Assembly: GCA_000092065.1 (NCBI GenBank)
Contig: CP000594.1
Origin: Ostreococcus lucimarinus
Lineage: Eukaryota
Reading direction: 5' to 3' (one strand)
Length of the DNA: 64,000 bases
Numbering within the stretch: position 1 is the first letter of the stretch; every line of letters starts with the position of its first letter. The translations under genes were made by a program, and so were the position numbers. The notes under the pieces were generated by a model. That model saw only the letters and a list, made by a program, of their open reading frames with translations. It was not told the origin of the DNA and searched no databases. Of the stretch, positions 47,561 through 59,049 are shown piece by piece.

Positions 47561-48679
47561 TTAGAACTTCCAAATCGCGCTTGCCCACGTGAGACCGGCG
47601 CCGAACCCCGCGAAGGCGATAATGTCGTCCTCCTTGATCGCGCCGCTCTCGACGGCTTCGCACAAGGCGATCGGAACGGAGCCTGCAGAGGTGTTGCCGT
47701 ACTCGGCGATGTTACTAACTACCTTGTCTTCGCTCAAACCAAACCTTTGCGCCGCGCTGTCTATGATACGCTGGTTGGCTTGGTGCAAGACTAACTTATC
47801 GATGTCTTCGGCGGTCATGCTGGCCGCCGCGAGCGACTTGTTCACCGTCATCGGCACCGTGCGCACGGCGAATTTGAAGACGTCTTGACCGCTCATGGAG
47901 ATGTTGCAAAACGCCGCCGTTTTCGACGCACCATCGCTCATCGGCTTACCGTTATCACCAATATACTGTGCTACCAGATGATGATTTTGGCTTCCGTCTG
48001 AGTGCATGTCGAACCCTTTTAACGAACAATTCGCCGCATCCGTTGCCGTTAACACCGCCGCTCCGGCGCCGTCGCCGAAGAGAATGCACGTCCCTCGATC
48101 GCGCCAATCCACGTATCGGCTCAACACATCGCCTCCGATCACCAGTACATTCTTATAGCCCCCCGCTCGAATAAATTGCGCGCCATTCACCAACCCAATA
48201 ACGAATCCACTGCACGCCGCCGTCAAATCAAACGCCAACGCATTTTTTGCCCCAATCGCCGCCTGAATCGTGCACGCGCTTCCGAATATATCATCCGGGC
48301 TCGACGTGGCCAAAATGATCAAATCCAAATCCTCAGCTTTCACATTCGCTCTTTCAAGCGCTTGTTTCGCCGCGTGCGCCCCCAGGCTCGTCAGCGTTTC
48401 ATCCCCCGTAATCACGTGTCGCTTGCGAATGCCCGTGCGCGTCGCAATCCACTCGTCGTTCGTCTCCACGAGTTCGCTCAGATCGTCGTTCGTCAGGAAT
48501 TTCTCCGGTATCGCCTTACCGACGCCCGAGATCTTCGCCCCCGCGACGTCGAACGCGCGCGCCACGCACAGACCGCGCGGCGTTCGTTTCGCCGCGTTCG
48601 CTTTCGTCGTTTCGCTTCGACCTCGCGGCGCGCGCGACCGCGACGGCGCGCGCGCGACGGCGGACGCGAGAGACAGCAT
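47561..48679 (-). CDS. fabH: 3-oxoacyl-ACP synthase III (KAS III/FabH), plastid-targeted
   Basis: GVGKAIPEKFLTNDDLSELVETNDEWIATRTGIRKRH, active-site AACSGF, HQANQRI, GNTSAGS. Confidence 0.9.
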   Translation of the reverse strand: MLSLASAVARAPSRSRAPRGRSETTKANAAKRTPRGLCVARAFDVAGAKISGVGKAIPEKFLTNDDLSELVETNDEWIATRTGIRKRHVITGDETLTSLGAHAAKQALERANVKAEDLDLIILATSSPDDIFGSACTIQAAIGAKNALAFDLTAACSGFVIGLVNGAQFIRAGGYKNVLVIGGDVLSRYVDWRDRGTCILFGDGAGAAVLTATDAANCSLKGFDMHSDGSQNHHLVAQYIGDNGKPMSDGASKTAAFCNISMSGQDVFKFAVRTVPMTVNKSLAAASMTAEDIDKLVLHQANQRIIDSAAQRFGLSEDKVVSNIAEYGNTSAGSVPIALCEAVESGAIKEDDIIAFAGFGAGLTWASAIWKF

Positions 48680-48954
48680 GACGCGACGTACGCTCGCGCA
48701 GGTACGTGCGCGCGGTCACGCGAACGCCTTGACGCCGACGGACGCCCAGACGCCGACGGACGCGCGCGTCCAAGACTGCCGATCGACCACTGGACCAAGG
48801 TTATCCAAAAGCTGTACACGCGAAGGCTTTGACGCGGGACGCGAGAGGCGAGCGGGACGAGACCGCGAGGCGAGACCGCGAAAACGCAGAGATATCTGAG
48901 ATGCACTAGGAATGACTAGGCTAAAATGACTATCGCGATGAATGCGTGCCGAGT

Positions 48955-50028
48955 TCAGGAGCGAGACGCGCGACGCGCCTTGTCGACGGCGTATTCGGCG
49001 ACGCGGAGCGCGTCCTTGGCTTGGATGTTTTTGGGATCTACGCTGAGCGTGCGCTCGAACGCGAGGACGGCGTCGGTGAATCGTTTTAAGGCGTGCAACG
49101 CGAGACCGCGGCGGAAGTGGGCCTTGACGTAGTCGGGTTTCACCGAAAGAGCGGCGTCGGCGTCGGCGAGGGCTTTATCGTGCTCGCCGAGCTTTAAAAA
49201 GCACTGCGCGCGGTTGCACAGAGCCACGACGTGCGATGCGTCGAGGTCTAGGGCTTCGGTGTAGTGCAACACGGCTTGAGAATAATTACCATCCTTGAAA
49301 GCGGCGTTGCCTTTGTCTTTGCGCAGCTCCGCGCGCGCCGGAGCGGTGTCCAAATGTTCCGCCGCGAGCGCGTCGCCGAGCGAATCGCGAAGTTCGCGTT
49401 CCGTCGTCGGGTACTCATCTTTCCCACGAATCAACCGCTCGGTGAGCAAATCTCCATCTATCACTCGCGTGATGAACTGTGGAATCTCTCTGTGATCACC
49501 GGGCGCTAAATCTTCCGAATCGAGCCTTTGAGCGTCGCTTCCGAAATCGCCAAACGCCACGTCGACGCCGACGCTCGTGGCGAATACCACCGCTCCCATG
49601 AACGCCCGTACCGCGTATTTCAACCGCACACCGCGACACTGATCGATTTGAGTCGTCCCGAGCGCGCTCTCGTACCTCACCTCACACCGCACGCAGTCCC
49701 AAATCTCCAAGTGTTCGCTCAGCACGCGTCCCGCCACGACGATTTCGCACCCCTCGCACCGCTCCACGAACACCTTTGCGCACTCCACGCTCGCATCGAT
49801 CGTCACGCGGCTGTCTTTACACCCCGCGACGTGAATCGCGCGTTTTGCATCGCAGTCCGACGCTCGCACGCGCGCGTGCGATCCATCCACGACGTCACCG
49901 ACGACGAGACGCGACGCTTTCTCTCGCGCCAAAGCGCGCGCGATGGCGATCGTTTCCGTCGTTTTATCGCCGTTCGCGGGCGCGTTCGAGCGCGTTTCGG
50001 CGTCGTTCGCGGGCGCGGCGTCCGGCAT
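48955..50028 (-). CDS. TPR-repeat protein with N-terminal CARP/TBCC-like beta-helix region
   Basis: C-terminal three TPRs (AELRKDKGNAAFKDGNYSQAVLHYTEALDLD...KAHFRRGLALHAL). N-terminus has repeated V.D..V..C..C.IVVAG patterns. Confidence 0.5.
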   Translation of the reverse strand: MPDAAPANDAETRSNAPANGDKTTETIAIARALAREKASRLVVGDVVDGSHARVRASDCDAKRAIHVAGCKDSRVTIDASVECAKVFVERCEGCEIVVAGRVLSEHLEIWDCVRCEVRYESALGTTQIDQCRGVRLKYAVRAFMGAVVFATSVGVDVAFGDFGSDAQRLDSEDLAPGDHREIPQFITRVIDGDLLTERLIRGKDEYPTTERELRDSLGDALAAEHLDTAPARAELRKDKGNAAFKDGNYSQAVLHYTEALDLDASHVVALCNRAQCFLKLGEHDKALADADAALSVKPDYVKAHFRRGLALHALKRFTDAVLAFERTLSVDPKNIQAKDALRVAEYAVDKARRASRS

Positions 50029-50299
50029 GTCGTCGCTGCGCCGTCGACGCGACGGCTCGACGCGTCGACGCGTCGCGAGGTGACGCCGACGATCGTTCGG
50101 TCCGTCGATCGACGTCGCGCTTCACCGTCAGTCGAGACACGCCGACGCGCGACGACGCCGACGACGCCGACGACGCGCCCGCGAACGCTCGATCGTCGCG
50201 GAGGGAGAATTTGCGGAGAAGAATCGGCGCGCGCCGTCGGAGAGCGACGACGCGCGATCGCGAGCGACGCGGCGCGCCGACCGAGACGACACGAGACTG

Positions 50300-50848
50300 G
50301 TGATATCAACCGACATGAGCGACCCCGCGCCGAGGCCGACGACGACGACGACGACGACGACGACGTTCGTGAAGCTTCAACAGACGGTGGACGAGCTCGA
50401 ACGCGAACTTGAGACCGCAGAGAGTCGATTAAAAACGCGCCGGAGCGATATCGTCACGCTCGAGGAGAATTTGGACGCGGAGCGCGCGCTCGCGAAGCGC
50501 CTCAGAGGCGAGTTTGCCGACGTCTTGGCGGAGATTGCGACCACTAAGGCGGCTTTGATGAAGTCGAACTTCGAAATCGAGGATGTGTTGCGCGAGATCG
50601 AACCGCATCGCCGACACTCGATCGGTGAACCATCGCCAGGGGCGCCAGAGACGATCGAAGAAACCGACGCCGAGGCGCCGGATCCCGAGCGGCGCGCCGC
50701 CTCGCGACGCGCCGCGCGGCTCGCGGCGTGCGAAGAAGGCTTCGAGCGCGAAAAGGCGCGCACCGCGGACTTTTTGAAGTCACTTCGCGCGTACGAGAAT
50801 CGTCTCCAGGCTGAGCGTCGACGCGACGCGCTTCAGCGCGCTCGTTGA
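50300..50848 (+). CDS. Coiled-coil hypothetical protein with poly-T run
   Basis: 182-aa ORF; heptad-like LQQTVDELERELETAESRLK. Confidence 0.3.
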   Translation: MISTDMSDPAPRPTTTTTTTTTFVKLQQTVDELERELETAESRLKTRRSDIVTLEENLDAERALAKRLRGEFADVLAEIATTKAALMKSNFEIEDVLREIEPHRRHSIGEPSPGAPETIEETDAEAPDPERRAASRRAARLAACEEGFEREKARTADFLKSLRAYENRLQAERRRDALQRAR

Positions 50849-51147
50849 CGCGCTCGTCGTCGCGCGAGAGGTCCCGAGCCCTCCGTCACCGTGCAATCAC
50901 TCCTCACATTTCGCCGCGCAATAACTCCGCGCGTCGCTCGAGTGTCGTCACGCGTCGCGCGCGCTAGTGCACCGCAGTCGGTCGTTCATCGCGGTCGTCG
51001 ATCGCGCGCGTCGCGATCGAGCGCATCGCGCGCGTCGTCATCGTTTGATCGAACGCGTTCGGGCCCTCGATCGAACTCTCGACTCTCGCCGCGCGCGCGT
51101 GACGGCTCCGCGGCCGGCTGCCGACGCGACGAGCGGGCAAACGCGCG

Positions 51148-52671
51148 ATGTCGTGTTGGTGCTGCTTTAAGGGCGCGCGAAAGCTCGATGTCGCGAGTTG
51201 GCGCGCGCGGTTTCAACCCGGGGAGGATGACATGTGGTTCGACGCGCGCGAAGAGTTACACTACGGCGACGAGGATGATGGCCTGGATGATTTGACGGAT
51301 GAGAATATCTCCATTGAAGCGAACAGTGAGTTCCCGTTCACGCTTGGCAAGGTTTGGGAACAGGAGGAACATCAGAGCTACGTGGCGACGGCGATTCGGG
51401 AGATGAAGGGCAAGGTGCGACACGTGTTGCGAAAACAACACGAGGAGGCGGTGAGACAGGCTGAGGAAGAGGCGGCAGAGTTGGAACGATTGGGTTTGAT
51501 GACGGCGGAGAAGCGAGCGATGCATGAACGCATGACTTCGGGTCAAGGTACGCAAGAGCTGGTGGGAATGACGAAGCACTTGAAGGTTGGTCAAGACTTG
51601 ACGGATATCGAACTGCCGCCGACGTTCTTCGTGCCGTTTAGTACGATTCAAGTCGCGGAGGACGTCGTGTACGTGATCGAAGGCTGCAACAATGATTGGA
51701 GCGACTTAAAGCATCCCGATCCCGAGCGTCGGATCGCACGTTTGGTGAAGTTGTACCTAGACATGAGCGCCATTCGAACGGAGCACGGCTCGAGCGCTGG
51801 GGTCAAGTCAGCGTACACGTTTGGAGCCATGAAGAAGCCTTTGAATCCGATTTTAGGCGAAACACATCGAATTAAAAGTGGCAACACTGAGTATTTAGCC
51901 GAACAGGTGTGTCATCACCCTCCCATCACGACGTGGGACTTGAGAAATGAAGAAATTGGTTTGCACCTGTCGGCTGACGTCAAGGCGAAACCCGTCTTCC
52001 GAGGAACATCGGTGCAAGTGCTCATCGATGGCGAGATGCGATTCGAAAATTTACACACGGGTGAAAAGTACGTCATGGATATGCCTTCGTTATTTATTCG
52101 ATTTTTTGGACTGAGCGGGAGCTATTCCGAAACGGTGGGTCACATCACACTCAGGCGCGTCAGCGAGGGTCCGCCTTTGTGCGCGGAGTTACACTTCAAA
52201 CCGCGAGGCACGACTGGCTTGCGCAGCCATGCGAATAAGGTTGAGGGATCGATTAGCTCTGAGACCACCACATTCATGCACTTCAAGGGTAAATTCAACG
52301 ACGCCGTGGACGAGGTCACAGAGAAGAGGGAGTTTGTGCGACCGTTTTGGCGTCCTGCACCTCCAAAATCGTCCAAAGCACCGAGAGCGGTGACGCGCCC
52401 GCTCAACGGATTCACAGACAGTCACTGTCTTTGGGGAGAGTTTTTCCAAGCTCTCATTGCCAAGGACATGAAAACTGCGAGCAAGGCGAAAAAGAAAGCT
52501 GAGCGTGGGCAGCGCAGCCTTCACAAAGCGATGAAAACCGGCGAACTCCCGCCGTGGGAGCCGACGATGTTCGCCACCGAGGACGGCGAGCGGTGGCTGC
52601 TGAAGCCCAATTTCAACCCCAGCGTGCAGCCGTCGTGGTTGAAGTACATTGGCTATAGAATTTATGAATAG
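51148..52671 (+). CDS. Oxysterol-binding protein-related protein (ORD domain)
   Basis: OSBP fingerprint EQVCHHPPITTW; LNPILGETHR; 507 aa. Confidence 0.85.
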   Translation: MSCWCCFKGARKLDVASWRARFQPGEDDMWFDAREELHYGDEDDGLDDLTDENISIEANSEFPFTLGKVWEQEEHQSYVATAIREMKGKVRHVLRKQHEEAVRQAEEEAAELERLGLMTAEKRAMHERMTSGQGTQELVGMTKHLKVGQDLTDIELPPTFFVPFSTIQVAEDVVYVIEGCNNDWSDLKHPDPERRIARLVKLYLDMSAIRTEHGSSAGVKSAYTFGAMKKPLNPILGETHRIKSGNTEYLAEQVCHHPPITTWDLRNEEIGLHLSADVKAKPVFRGTSVQVLIDGEMRFENLHTGEKYVMDMPSLFIRFFGLSGSYSETVGHITLRRVSEGPPLCAELHFKPRGTTGLRSHANKVEGSISSETTTFMHFKGKFNDAVDEVTEKREFVRPFWRPAPPKSSKAPRAVTRPLNGFTDSHCLWGEFFQALIAKDMKTASKAKKKAERGQRSLHKAMKTGELPPWEPTMFATEDGERWLLKPNFNPSVQPSWLKYIGYRIYE

Positions 52672-52776
52672 TAGAAGACCGCGCCAGAGCGCGCGCGTAG
52701 ACTTGTGAAATAGAAAATTTGTTGCATTTCTTCCGCTACGTCACTTCGCCCCTCGCCGCCGCTCCGCGTCACGGTC

Positions 52777-53331
52777 ATGCACGCGAGCGCTCGAAGAACC
52801 GCCCTCCGCGCCCTCGCGCGCGGTGTATCCTCCAGCGCCTCCACCAACGCCTGCGCGACGCGCACGAACGCGACGGCGTTCCTCGCGAGTCGCGCGTCGA
52901 CGTCCCCATCCCTCCCCGCGCGCGTTCGCGCCGCCTCGCGCGCGCGACGCGCGTTCGCGTCCGACACGCACGATGATTTCAAACCCAAGGTTGCCGATGC
53001 CTCGAACGAGGACGTCGAACGCGCGATCGAAAGCGACGTGCAAACGAACGCGGTGCTGATTTACATGAAGGGGTCGCCGAGCGCGCCGCAGTGCGGGTTC
53101 TCGAACATGGCGTGCCGCATCCTCGATCATCACGGCGTGGAGTACGCGTCGAGAAACGTGCTCGCGAGCGAGGAATTGAGAAATGGTATCAAGGCGTACT
53201 CGGCGTGGCCGACGATCCCGCAATTGTACGTCAAGGGAGAATTCGTCGGGGGCTCGGACATCATGATGTCGATGCACCAGAGCGGCGAGCTCGCGGAGTT
53301 GTTCAAGGACGTCGCCAAGCGCGCGGATTGA
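52777..53331 (+). CDS. GRX5: Monothiol glutaredoxin (Grx5-type, CGFS), mitochondrial presequence
   Basis: VLIYMKGSPSAPQCGFSNMACRILDHHGVEY...WPTIPQLYVKGEFVGGSDIM. Confidence 0.85.
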   Translation: MHASARRTALRALARGVSSSASTNACATRTNATAFLASRASTSPSLPARVRAASRARRAFASDTHDDFKPKVADASNEDVERAIESDVQTNAVLIYMKGSPSAPQCGFSNMACRILDHHGVEYASRNVLASEELRNGIKAYSAWPTIPQLYVKGEFVGGSDIMMSMHQSGELAELFKDVAKRAD

Positions 53332-54069
53332 TGCACGCATCGCACGAGTAGGTTTGTCTATTTTACTTAGTCTAATTCCCGAGGCGTGCGATCGCATCGC
53401 GTTCGCGTTCCCATTCGGCTCGTTCCGGGCGCGACGCGTCTCGCTCCTCTCGCCGCGTCACGACGCCCAGTCTCGCGCCATCTGTTCGCTCTTGCGATCA
53501 CCGTGCGCGTCCCCGCTCGTTCTCGCGGCCGCCGCCTTGGACGCGCGCACTTTACTCGCCATCGCTTCGCTCTGTCGTCGTCGCGCGTCGTCGTCCTCGC
53601 CGTCAGTCGCGTCGTCACGCCGTCTCGAGCCAACCGTCGCGCACCTTGATCCCGCGCATCTCGCTTTGCTTATTCCGCGCTTCCGCGGCTTTCAGCGCCA
53701 TCGCTCGGCGCTCGTCGACCGTGGCGAGATCGTCGTACGGCGCCGAGGCGCAGCATCCCATCGGACGCGATCCCAGTCGGCGGCGTCGACGTCGCGATGT
53801 GACGGGGGCGCCGCCGCGGCGACGGGAGTGAGTTGAAGCAATGAATCGATTATTATTACATAACCTCGTAGTCGTATATGGTGGACGCGAGCCCCTATCG
53901 CGCGTTTAAAAACACGCGAGTTTATGGTATAGTTCGTTTTCACACCGCAGAAAGCATAGACTCGTCGAAGCGATATTTTCCATCGCTCGACGACGCTGCG
54001 TTTTTGCGAGCGCGCTCCTCCGTGGAACGCGCTCGCAGAAGACATTTTTCATATCATGATTTACATCAT

Positions 54070-54091
54070 GATTTCTCTGTACAGAGAAATC
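54070..54091. terminator. Perfect 22-bp palindrome GATTTCTCTGTACAGAGAAATC in the shared 3' region of convergent Grx5/Pumilio genes
   Basis: Self-complementary sequence, AT-richer context. Confidence 0.25.
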
Positions 54092-54154
54092 ATCACCCTC
54101 TCACCCATTTCACGATTTTGACTCTTGGGAACAAGTAAAAATGGATCAACTGTT

Positions 54155-56257
54155 TTACTTCTTGTTCTCCAGGAGTAATCGCAAAATCCGTTTACCGAAC
54201 GGACTATTTTTGATCAATGGCAAGTGTGGTCTGATACGCTCGACAAGTTCGGTGTGAAGAACACCTTTTGTGACAGTGAGCGTTGACTGCACGACGTAGT
54301 TACCGTACGGATCCATGAGAAGACGGTCCAACAGGGGCGACTGCATGATTTCACGCACGACCGTGTTGCGATTCTTCTCGAGAGACGCGTCGGCGAGTTT
54401 GAGGCACTTCTCGACAACGTTGGAGCTGAACTTCTGCATGGAGAGTTCGGCATAGTTGCCGAGGAGCTGCGTCATAACTTCTCCGTTGGCCCAAGACAAT
54501 CCGAGGTCCAAAATGTATTGAACGACGTAGTTTCCAAAAGGATCTTGAGAAAGCACGAGCGCTTGAGAGGCGATTTCGAGCACCAACGGACGACGTTGTT
54601 CATCAATGGCGTGGTCGATGCAACGCTGAAGAACGCAACAACCGTGTCGGTGAGTCGCAATCTCAACACAGTGCACCTTGGCCGCGTCATAGATGAATTG
54701 GTTGTCTTCAGACGACAATCTTTGAAGGCACCGCTGAATTACGTGGTTACCATTCAAGTCCTTGATCAAAGTAACGACCCCAGGTCGTAATGCGTTCGTC
54801 GCCAGAGAAACCTCTTCGGGAGAGTTGAGCATCTCGATCAACTTTTGAACCGCGCGAGTACCGTGCGTGTTCAAAGCGATAGTGACGAGCTCAGGCAACC
54901 CATCAAGTGAATCATCCTTGACGACAGAAACCGCGCGTAGAACTCCAGAACGTTGTTCGTCGCTGCAGCACTCGATCAACTTTTGCACCAAATAGTTGCC
55001 AAAGGGATCCATCATTAACTCGACGGCTTCGGCGATGATTTCATCGTAGCACAAGTCGACGGCTTTGGCACCTTCTTCATCAAACTTCCGTTGTAAGAAT
55101 CGGCAACCGTGTTGATCGCGCGCGAGCACAGAAATCTGTCCGACGCAGTTGTCGACGGAGACGAAACGACTGTCCATCTCCGCGATTTCAGCCTCGGACG
55201 GAGGAGAATCAGATCGCGCAACCGAACCGGAGAGCGACTGTGAGCCACCCCCATTTCGATCGCCTCGATCACCCGCACGATTTCTTCCCATAGTTCTACC
55301 AACGCGAGAGCGATCGTCTCGACCGCTCATGCGCGAGCCGTAGCCACCGTTATCGCCCCCGGCCATCCCGCCGTCGAGACCAGAGAATTGCTGAAGCTGT
55401 TGCGCAGTCAAGTTCTGATGCATAAGTCCAGGAACTTGTTGCTGCATGCGCATCAAGTTCTGCAACTGCTGTTGCTGAGCGTAGAAAGCGGCAGCGTACG
55501 CAGCTTGGTAGACTTCAGCCATGGATTGCGGTTGACCATTCGCGCCGTAACCCGCACCGCCGAGCCCGCCGCCGAGGTTCGACGCGAGAAGCTGCGCCAT
55601 CTCCGGCGTTTGGACAGGCATACCGCCCGACATGCCGCCTAAACCGACACCAGCACCCATCCCAAAAGCATCCATGCCCGCCATGGACGGCGTGCCTTGG
55701 AGCTGCTGCATTTGCTGCAGCTGCTGCAACTGGAGCTGGAGCATGGCGGCGTTATCCATACCACCGCCGGCGCCCACGGCGCCGTAAGCGCCCATGACCG
55801 GTGCCGGAGAGGCACTTTGCGAATTCGCTTCAGTGCTAAATCGCGATGAGTTACCCACAAAGCTCGCTTGCTGTCCGTGAGGAGCGGCGTGCGAGCCGTG
55901 CGGCGGAAGCGGCGCGGTGGATGGCCGCAGCGGCACATCCGTCCCTAACCCGAAGCTGGAGAACGCGCTCACGACATCCGTCGTGCCTTGTCCCAAACTA
56001 CTACCCGCCATATTCCCCATACCATTCAGATCGCTCGGCAACCCAAACGCGCTCTCGTTGAACGCTCCGTTTGACATCGAGTTCGACCGCCCGTGGTGCC
56101 CCGACGGAATCGCCCCGTCGTCTCTCGACGCCCCAAACAACCCACCACCCTTCCCGAACCCCGCGGCGTGTCCGAAGTGTCCAGAGTTGTGCGCACTATC
56201 GGCATCACCCGCTGCCGTCTTCCCGTACGACAAATCTACCGCCGACGCGCTCCGCAC
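54155..56257 (-). CDS. Pumilio-family (PUF) RNA-binding protein
   Basis: Eight PUF repeats (FGNYLVQKLIE, HGCRFLQRKFDE, HGTRAVQKLIE, NGNHVIQRCLQ, HGCCVLQRCID, FGNYVVQYILD); Q/G/M-rich N-terminus. Confidence 0.85.
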   Translation of the reverse strand: MRSASAVDLSYGKTAAGDADSAHNSGHFGHAAGFGKGGGLFGASRDDGAIPSGHHGRSNSMSNGAFNESAFGLPSDLNGMGNMAGSSLGQGTTDVVSAFSSFGLGTDVPLRPSTAPLPPHGSHAAPHGQQASFVGNSSRFSTEANSQSASPAPVMGAYGAVGAGGGMDNAAMLQLQLQQLQQMQQLQGTPSMAGMDAFGMGAGVGLGGMSGGMPVQTPEMAQLLASNLGGGLGGAGYGANGQPQSMAEVYQAAYAAAFYAQQQQLQNLMRMQQQVPGLMHQNLTAQQLQQFSGLDGGMAGGDNGGYGSRMSGRDDRSRVGRTMGRNRAGDRGDRNGGGSQSLSGSVARSDSPPSEAEIAEMDSRFVSVDNCVGQISVLARDQHGCRFLQRKFDEEGAKAVDLCYDEIIAEAVELMMDPFGNYLVQKLIECCSDEQRSGVLRAVSVVKDDSLDGLPELVTIALNTHGTRAVQKLIEMLNSPEEVSLATNALRPGVVTLIKDLNGNHVIQRCLQRLSSEDNQFIYDAAKVHCVEIATHRHGCCVLQRCIDHAIDEQRRPLVLEIASQALVLSQDPFGNYVVQYILDLGLSWANGEVMTQLLGNYAELSMQKFSSNVVEKCLKLADASLEKNRNTVVREIMQSPLLDRLLMDPYGNYVVQSTLTVTKGVLHTELVERIRPHLPLIKNSPFGKRILRLLLENKK

Positions 56258-57097
56258 GAGGTCATCCGTCGCCCCCTCGCCCGCGGCGCGCGTCTCGTCC
56301 CGCAGTAACCTCGAAAACGTGCTCTCGTACTCCCTGCGTCCCGCGCGAGCGCGCGAAATCCGTCAGTCACCGAAGCGCGCGTGCGTTTCATCTCTCCTTC
56401 CCCGCATCGTCTCGTCTCGCGCGCTCCCGCTCGCGCGGACGTCGCGCGACGCGTCCAGAGTCACGCCGCGCGGATGTCTCGAGTCGCGCCGCGCGCGCGC
56501 CGCGACGAAACCGCGCGCGTTCGAGCGCCGCGACGCGCCCACGCCGCGTCCGCGTCCGCGCGCGACGCGCGACGTAAATTCTTCTTCCGGATTCTCGCCG
56601 CGCGAATCCCGCGCGCGAGCCCTCGACGACGACGACGCGTCCCATCGCGTCGCATCGCATCGCATCGCATCGCGTCGCGAAACCCCCGCACCTCCACGAC
56701 GGTGACGTCCCCGCGATGTCGTGCGCGCCCTCGCTCGCGCTCGCGCTCGCGCCGCCATCGCTCGATGGTTTAAACATCTGCGTCCTCGCGGCGCGTCCGC
56801 GCGTCTATCGCCCGCCGCGCGGACGAGCGCGTCGTCGATCGACGCGCGGACGCGCGCGGATGTCGAGCGCGACGCGCGCGGCGTCGGCGCGTTCGAATCG
56901 ATCGTCGCTCGAGCGCGCGATGCGAATCCACCGAGCCCGCGACGCGGGCGTCGAGCGACGGCGTTCGAATCGATTCGCGCGCCCGCGTCGCCGTGCGTCG
57001 CGAAGCGCGCGCCGTGCGACCTCGACGACGGCGCGTCGAACGCGACGCCCGAGCGTGCGTGTGCGGGCGCGGCGGCGGCGGCGAGGCGCCGCGCGAA

Positions 57098-57212
57098 CGA
57101 TCGAACGATCGATCGATCGATCGATCGATCGAACGATTCGCGAACCCGATCGATCGATCGATCGCGCGCGCGAACGATCGATCGACGTCGATCGATCGAT
57201 CGACCTCTCGCA
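57098..57212. repeat. (GATC)n / CGATCGAACGATCG palindromic tracts in the Pumilio/TAPT1 bidirectional promoter
   Basis: Seen directly; same motif class as 38764..38874. Confidence 0.6.
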
Positions 57213-57292
57213 CACCCGGGTGTCTGCGCGCGCGCGTCGAACCGCGAAATCGCGTCGAATCGCGCGTCGGCAGACGGCGCCGGTCGTCGTCG

Positions 57293-58975
57293 ATGGAGAA
57301 GACGCCCGCGCGGGCGACGTCGGAGGACGAAGGGATCGGGATCGTCACCCCGGGCGCGGTGAACGATGGGATCGGGGCGCGCAGACGCGCGAAGAGTGGG
57401 TCGGAGACGACGACGACGAACGCCGCGAACGAGAACGACGAGGACGATGACGATGATTCGGTGACGATGGTGGCGCGAGCGAACGCGCGGGCGCGCGAAC
57501 GCGCGAGGATGGAGGCGCTGAGAGATTGGACGGTGATGCGGGAAGACGAAGGGCGATCGTCGCCGCCGCCGGTGGCGATCGAAGGGCTGACGACGATTCG
57601 GAAGTATTGCGCGCTCGAGTTGGGCTTGCGCGTGGGCGAACGCGAGGACGATCCGGACATGTCGCACGCGCGCGAGCGCGTGTTCGATTTATTGTGGTAC
57701 ATACCGTTGGAATTGGAAAAGTTTTGCCTGTACGGGGGGTTGCTGTGCGCGGATGCGATTTTGGGGTTGTTTACGTCGCTGCCGGTGCGCGTAATGTCGC
57801 AGACGGTGCGTTTGGCGTGGTCGGTGTCGGGGCTGAAATCGAGAGACAAGACGTCGTCGAAGCGTCGTGCGTGGGGGATACACCCGTATGCGCGCGAACA
57901 TTTGAACGATGTCTTGTGGCTGTTCATGCTGTGCGTCGCGGTGACGTACACGCACATGCTTGACGTGAGCGTGATTTATCACTACATTCGAGGCCAAGAA
58001 GTGATCAAACTTTACATGGCGTGTCACGTCCTGGAGACGTTCGATAAGTTGTTGTGTTCGTTCAATAGCAACGTGCTCGATGCGCTACAAAACAGCGTGC
58101 ACGGATGCGTCAGCGCGGCGACGAACGGGTCAAAAGTTGATCAAGTGAAGTCTGGTGTCAGGCTCGCCGTGGATGTGATTTTGTCCACGAGCGCGACGGT
58201 GGCGCACACGTTCATCCTTCTCACGCATGCCGTGACACTTTCGGTGGCGATCAACAGTCACACGAACGCTATGTTGCTCGTGCTCATCTCGAATAATTTC
58301 GCGGAGATGAAAGGTCACGTGTTCAAGAAGCAGGATCCAGAGAAGTTGTTTGGCGTCAGTCGACTCGACGTCATCGAGCGAGTGCATCTCTGCGTGTGTC
58401 TGATGTTCGTCACCGCACAAAGAATCATGGCTGCTGGAAATCTTGAAATGGCGCTCACGCGTAAATTTTTGAACGACATAGCCTTGGTGATGGGTTCGGA
58501 GATTTTCGTCGACGTTGTGAAGCATTCATTCATGGCGAAATTCAACGGCTTGCGCCCAGGCGTTTATCGACGATTCTATCGACAAATCTGTCGAGATCAC
58601 GTGCACTTGACGCAGTCATACAAGATACATCAAGTCGTTGGATTCGTCCCACTCGCTCCGGCGGCGGTTATCGTTCGCGTCGTTCCAGGTCTATATCGAA
58701 CACTCAAGCAAAACGCGATGTCCTCCGACATTGTCACGCGAGGAGCTTTCGATCGTTTATTGGCACATTTTAGCGGCCGTGTCATCGGTCTCGGGGTCAT
58801 GTTCATCGCGATTTGTTTTAAGCTCGCGTTCGGTATCGCTATTTACACCTGGGGTGCGCGCTCGCTCGAACGCACATCGAAAGTAACGCCGAGCGCCGAG
58901 CGATGGGGCGCTAAGACGCCGGGCAAGGTGACTGGAAGCATGCCGAGATCGCCGCCTAGGATCAAGGTCAATTAG
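57293..58975 (+). CDS. TAPT1/DUF747-family multi-pass membrane protein
   Basis: ATG at 57293 (MEKTPARAT). Multiple TM segments; conserved HVLETFDKLLCSFNSNVLDAL-type block. Confidence 0.55.
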   Translation: MEKTPARATSEDEGIGIVTPGAVNDGIGARRRAKSGSETTTTNAANENDEDDDDDSVTMVARANARARERARMEALRDWTVMREDEGRSSPPPVAIEGLTTIRKYCALELGLRVGEREDDPDMSHARERVFDLLWYIPLELEKFCLYGGLLCADAILGLFTSLPVRVMSQTVRLAWSVSGLKSRDKTSSKRRAWGIHPYAREHLNDVLWLFMLCVAVTYTHMLDVSVIYHYIRGQEVIKLYMACHVLETFDKLLCSFNSNVLDALQNSVHGCVSAATNGSKVDQVKSGVRLAVDVILSTSATVAHTFILLTHAVTLSVAINSHTNAMLLVLISNNFAEMKGHVFKKQDPEKLFGVSRLDVIERVHLCVCLMFVTAQRIMAAGNLEMALTRKFLNDIALVMGSEIFVDVVKHSFMAKFNGLRPGVYRRFYRQICRDHVHLTQSYKIHQVVGFVPLAPAAVIVRVVPGLYRTLKQNAMSSDIVTRGAFDRLLAHFSGRVIGLGVMFIAICFKLAFGIAIYTWGARSLERTSKVTPSAERWGAKTPGKVTGSMPRSPPRIKVN

Positions 58976-59049
58976 TGTTGTAGTACATAGAATTGAAATG
59001 CATTTGTCGAGCGACGTCCACGGCTTCGCGCCGTCCGGACGCCCCGATT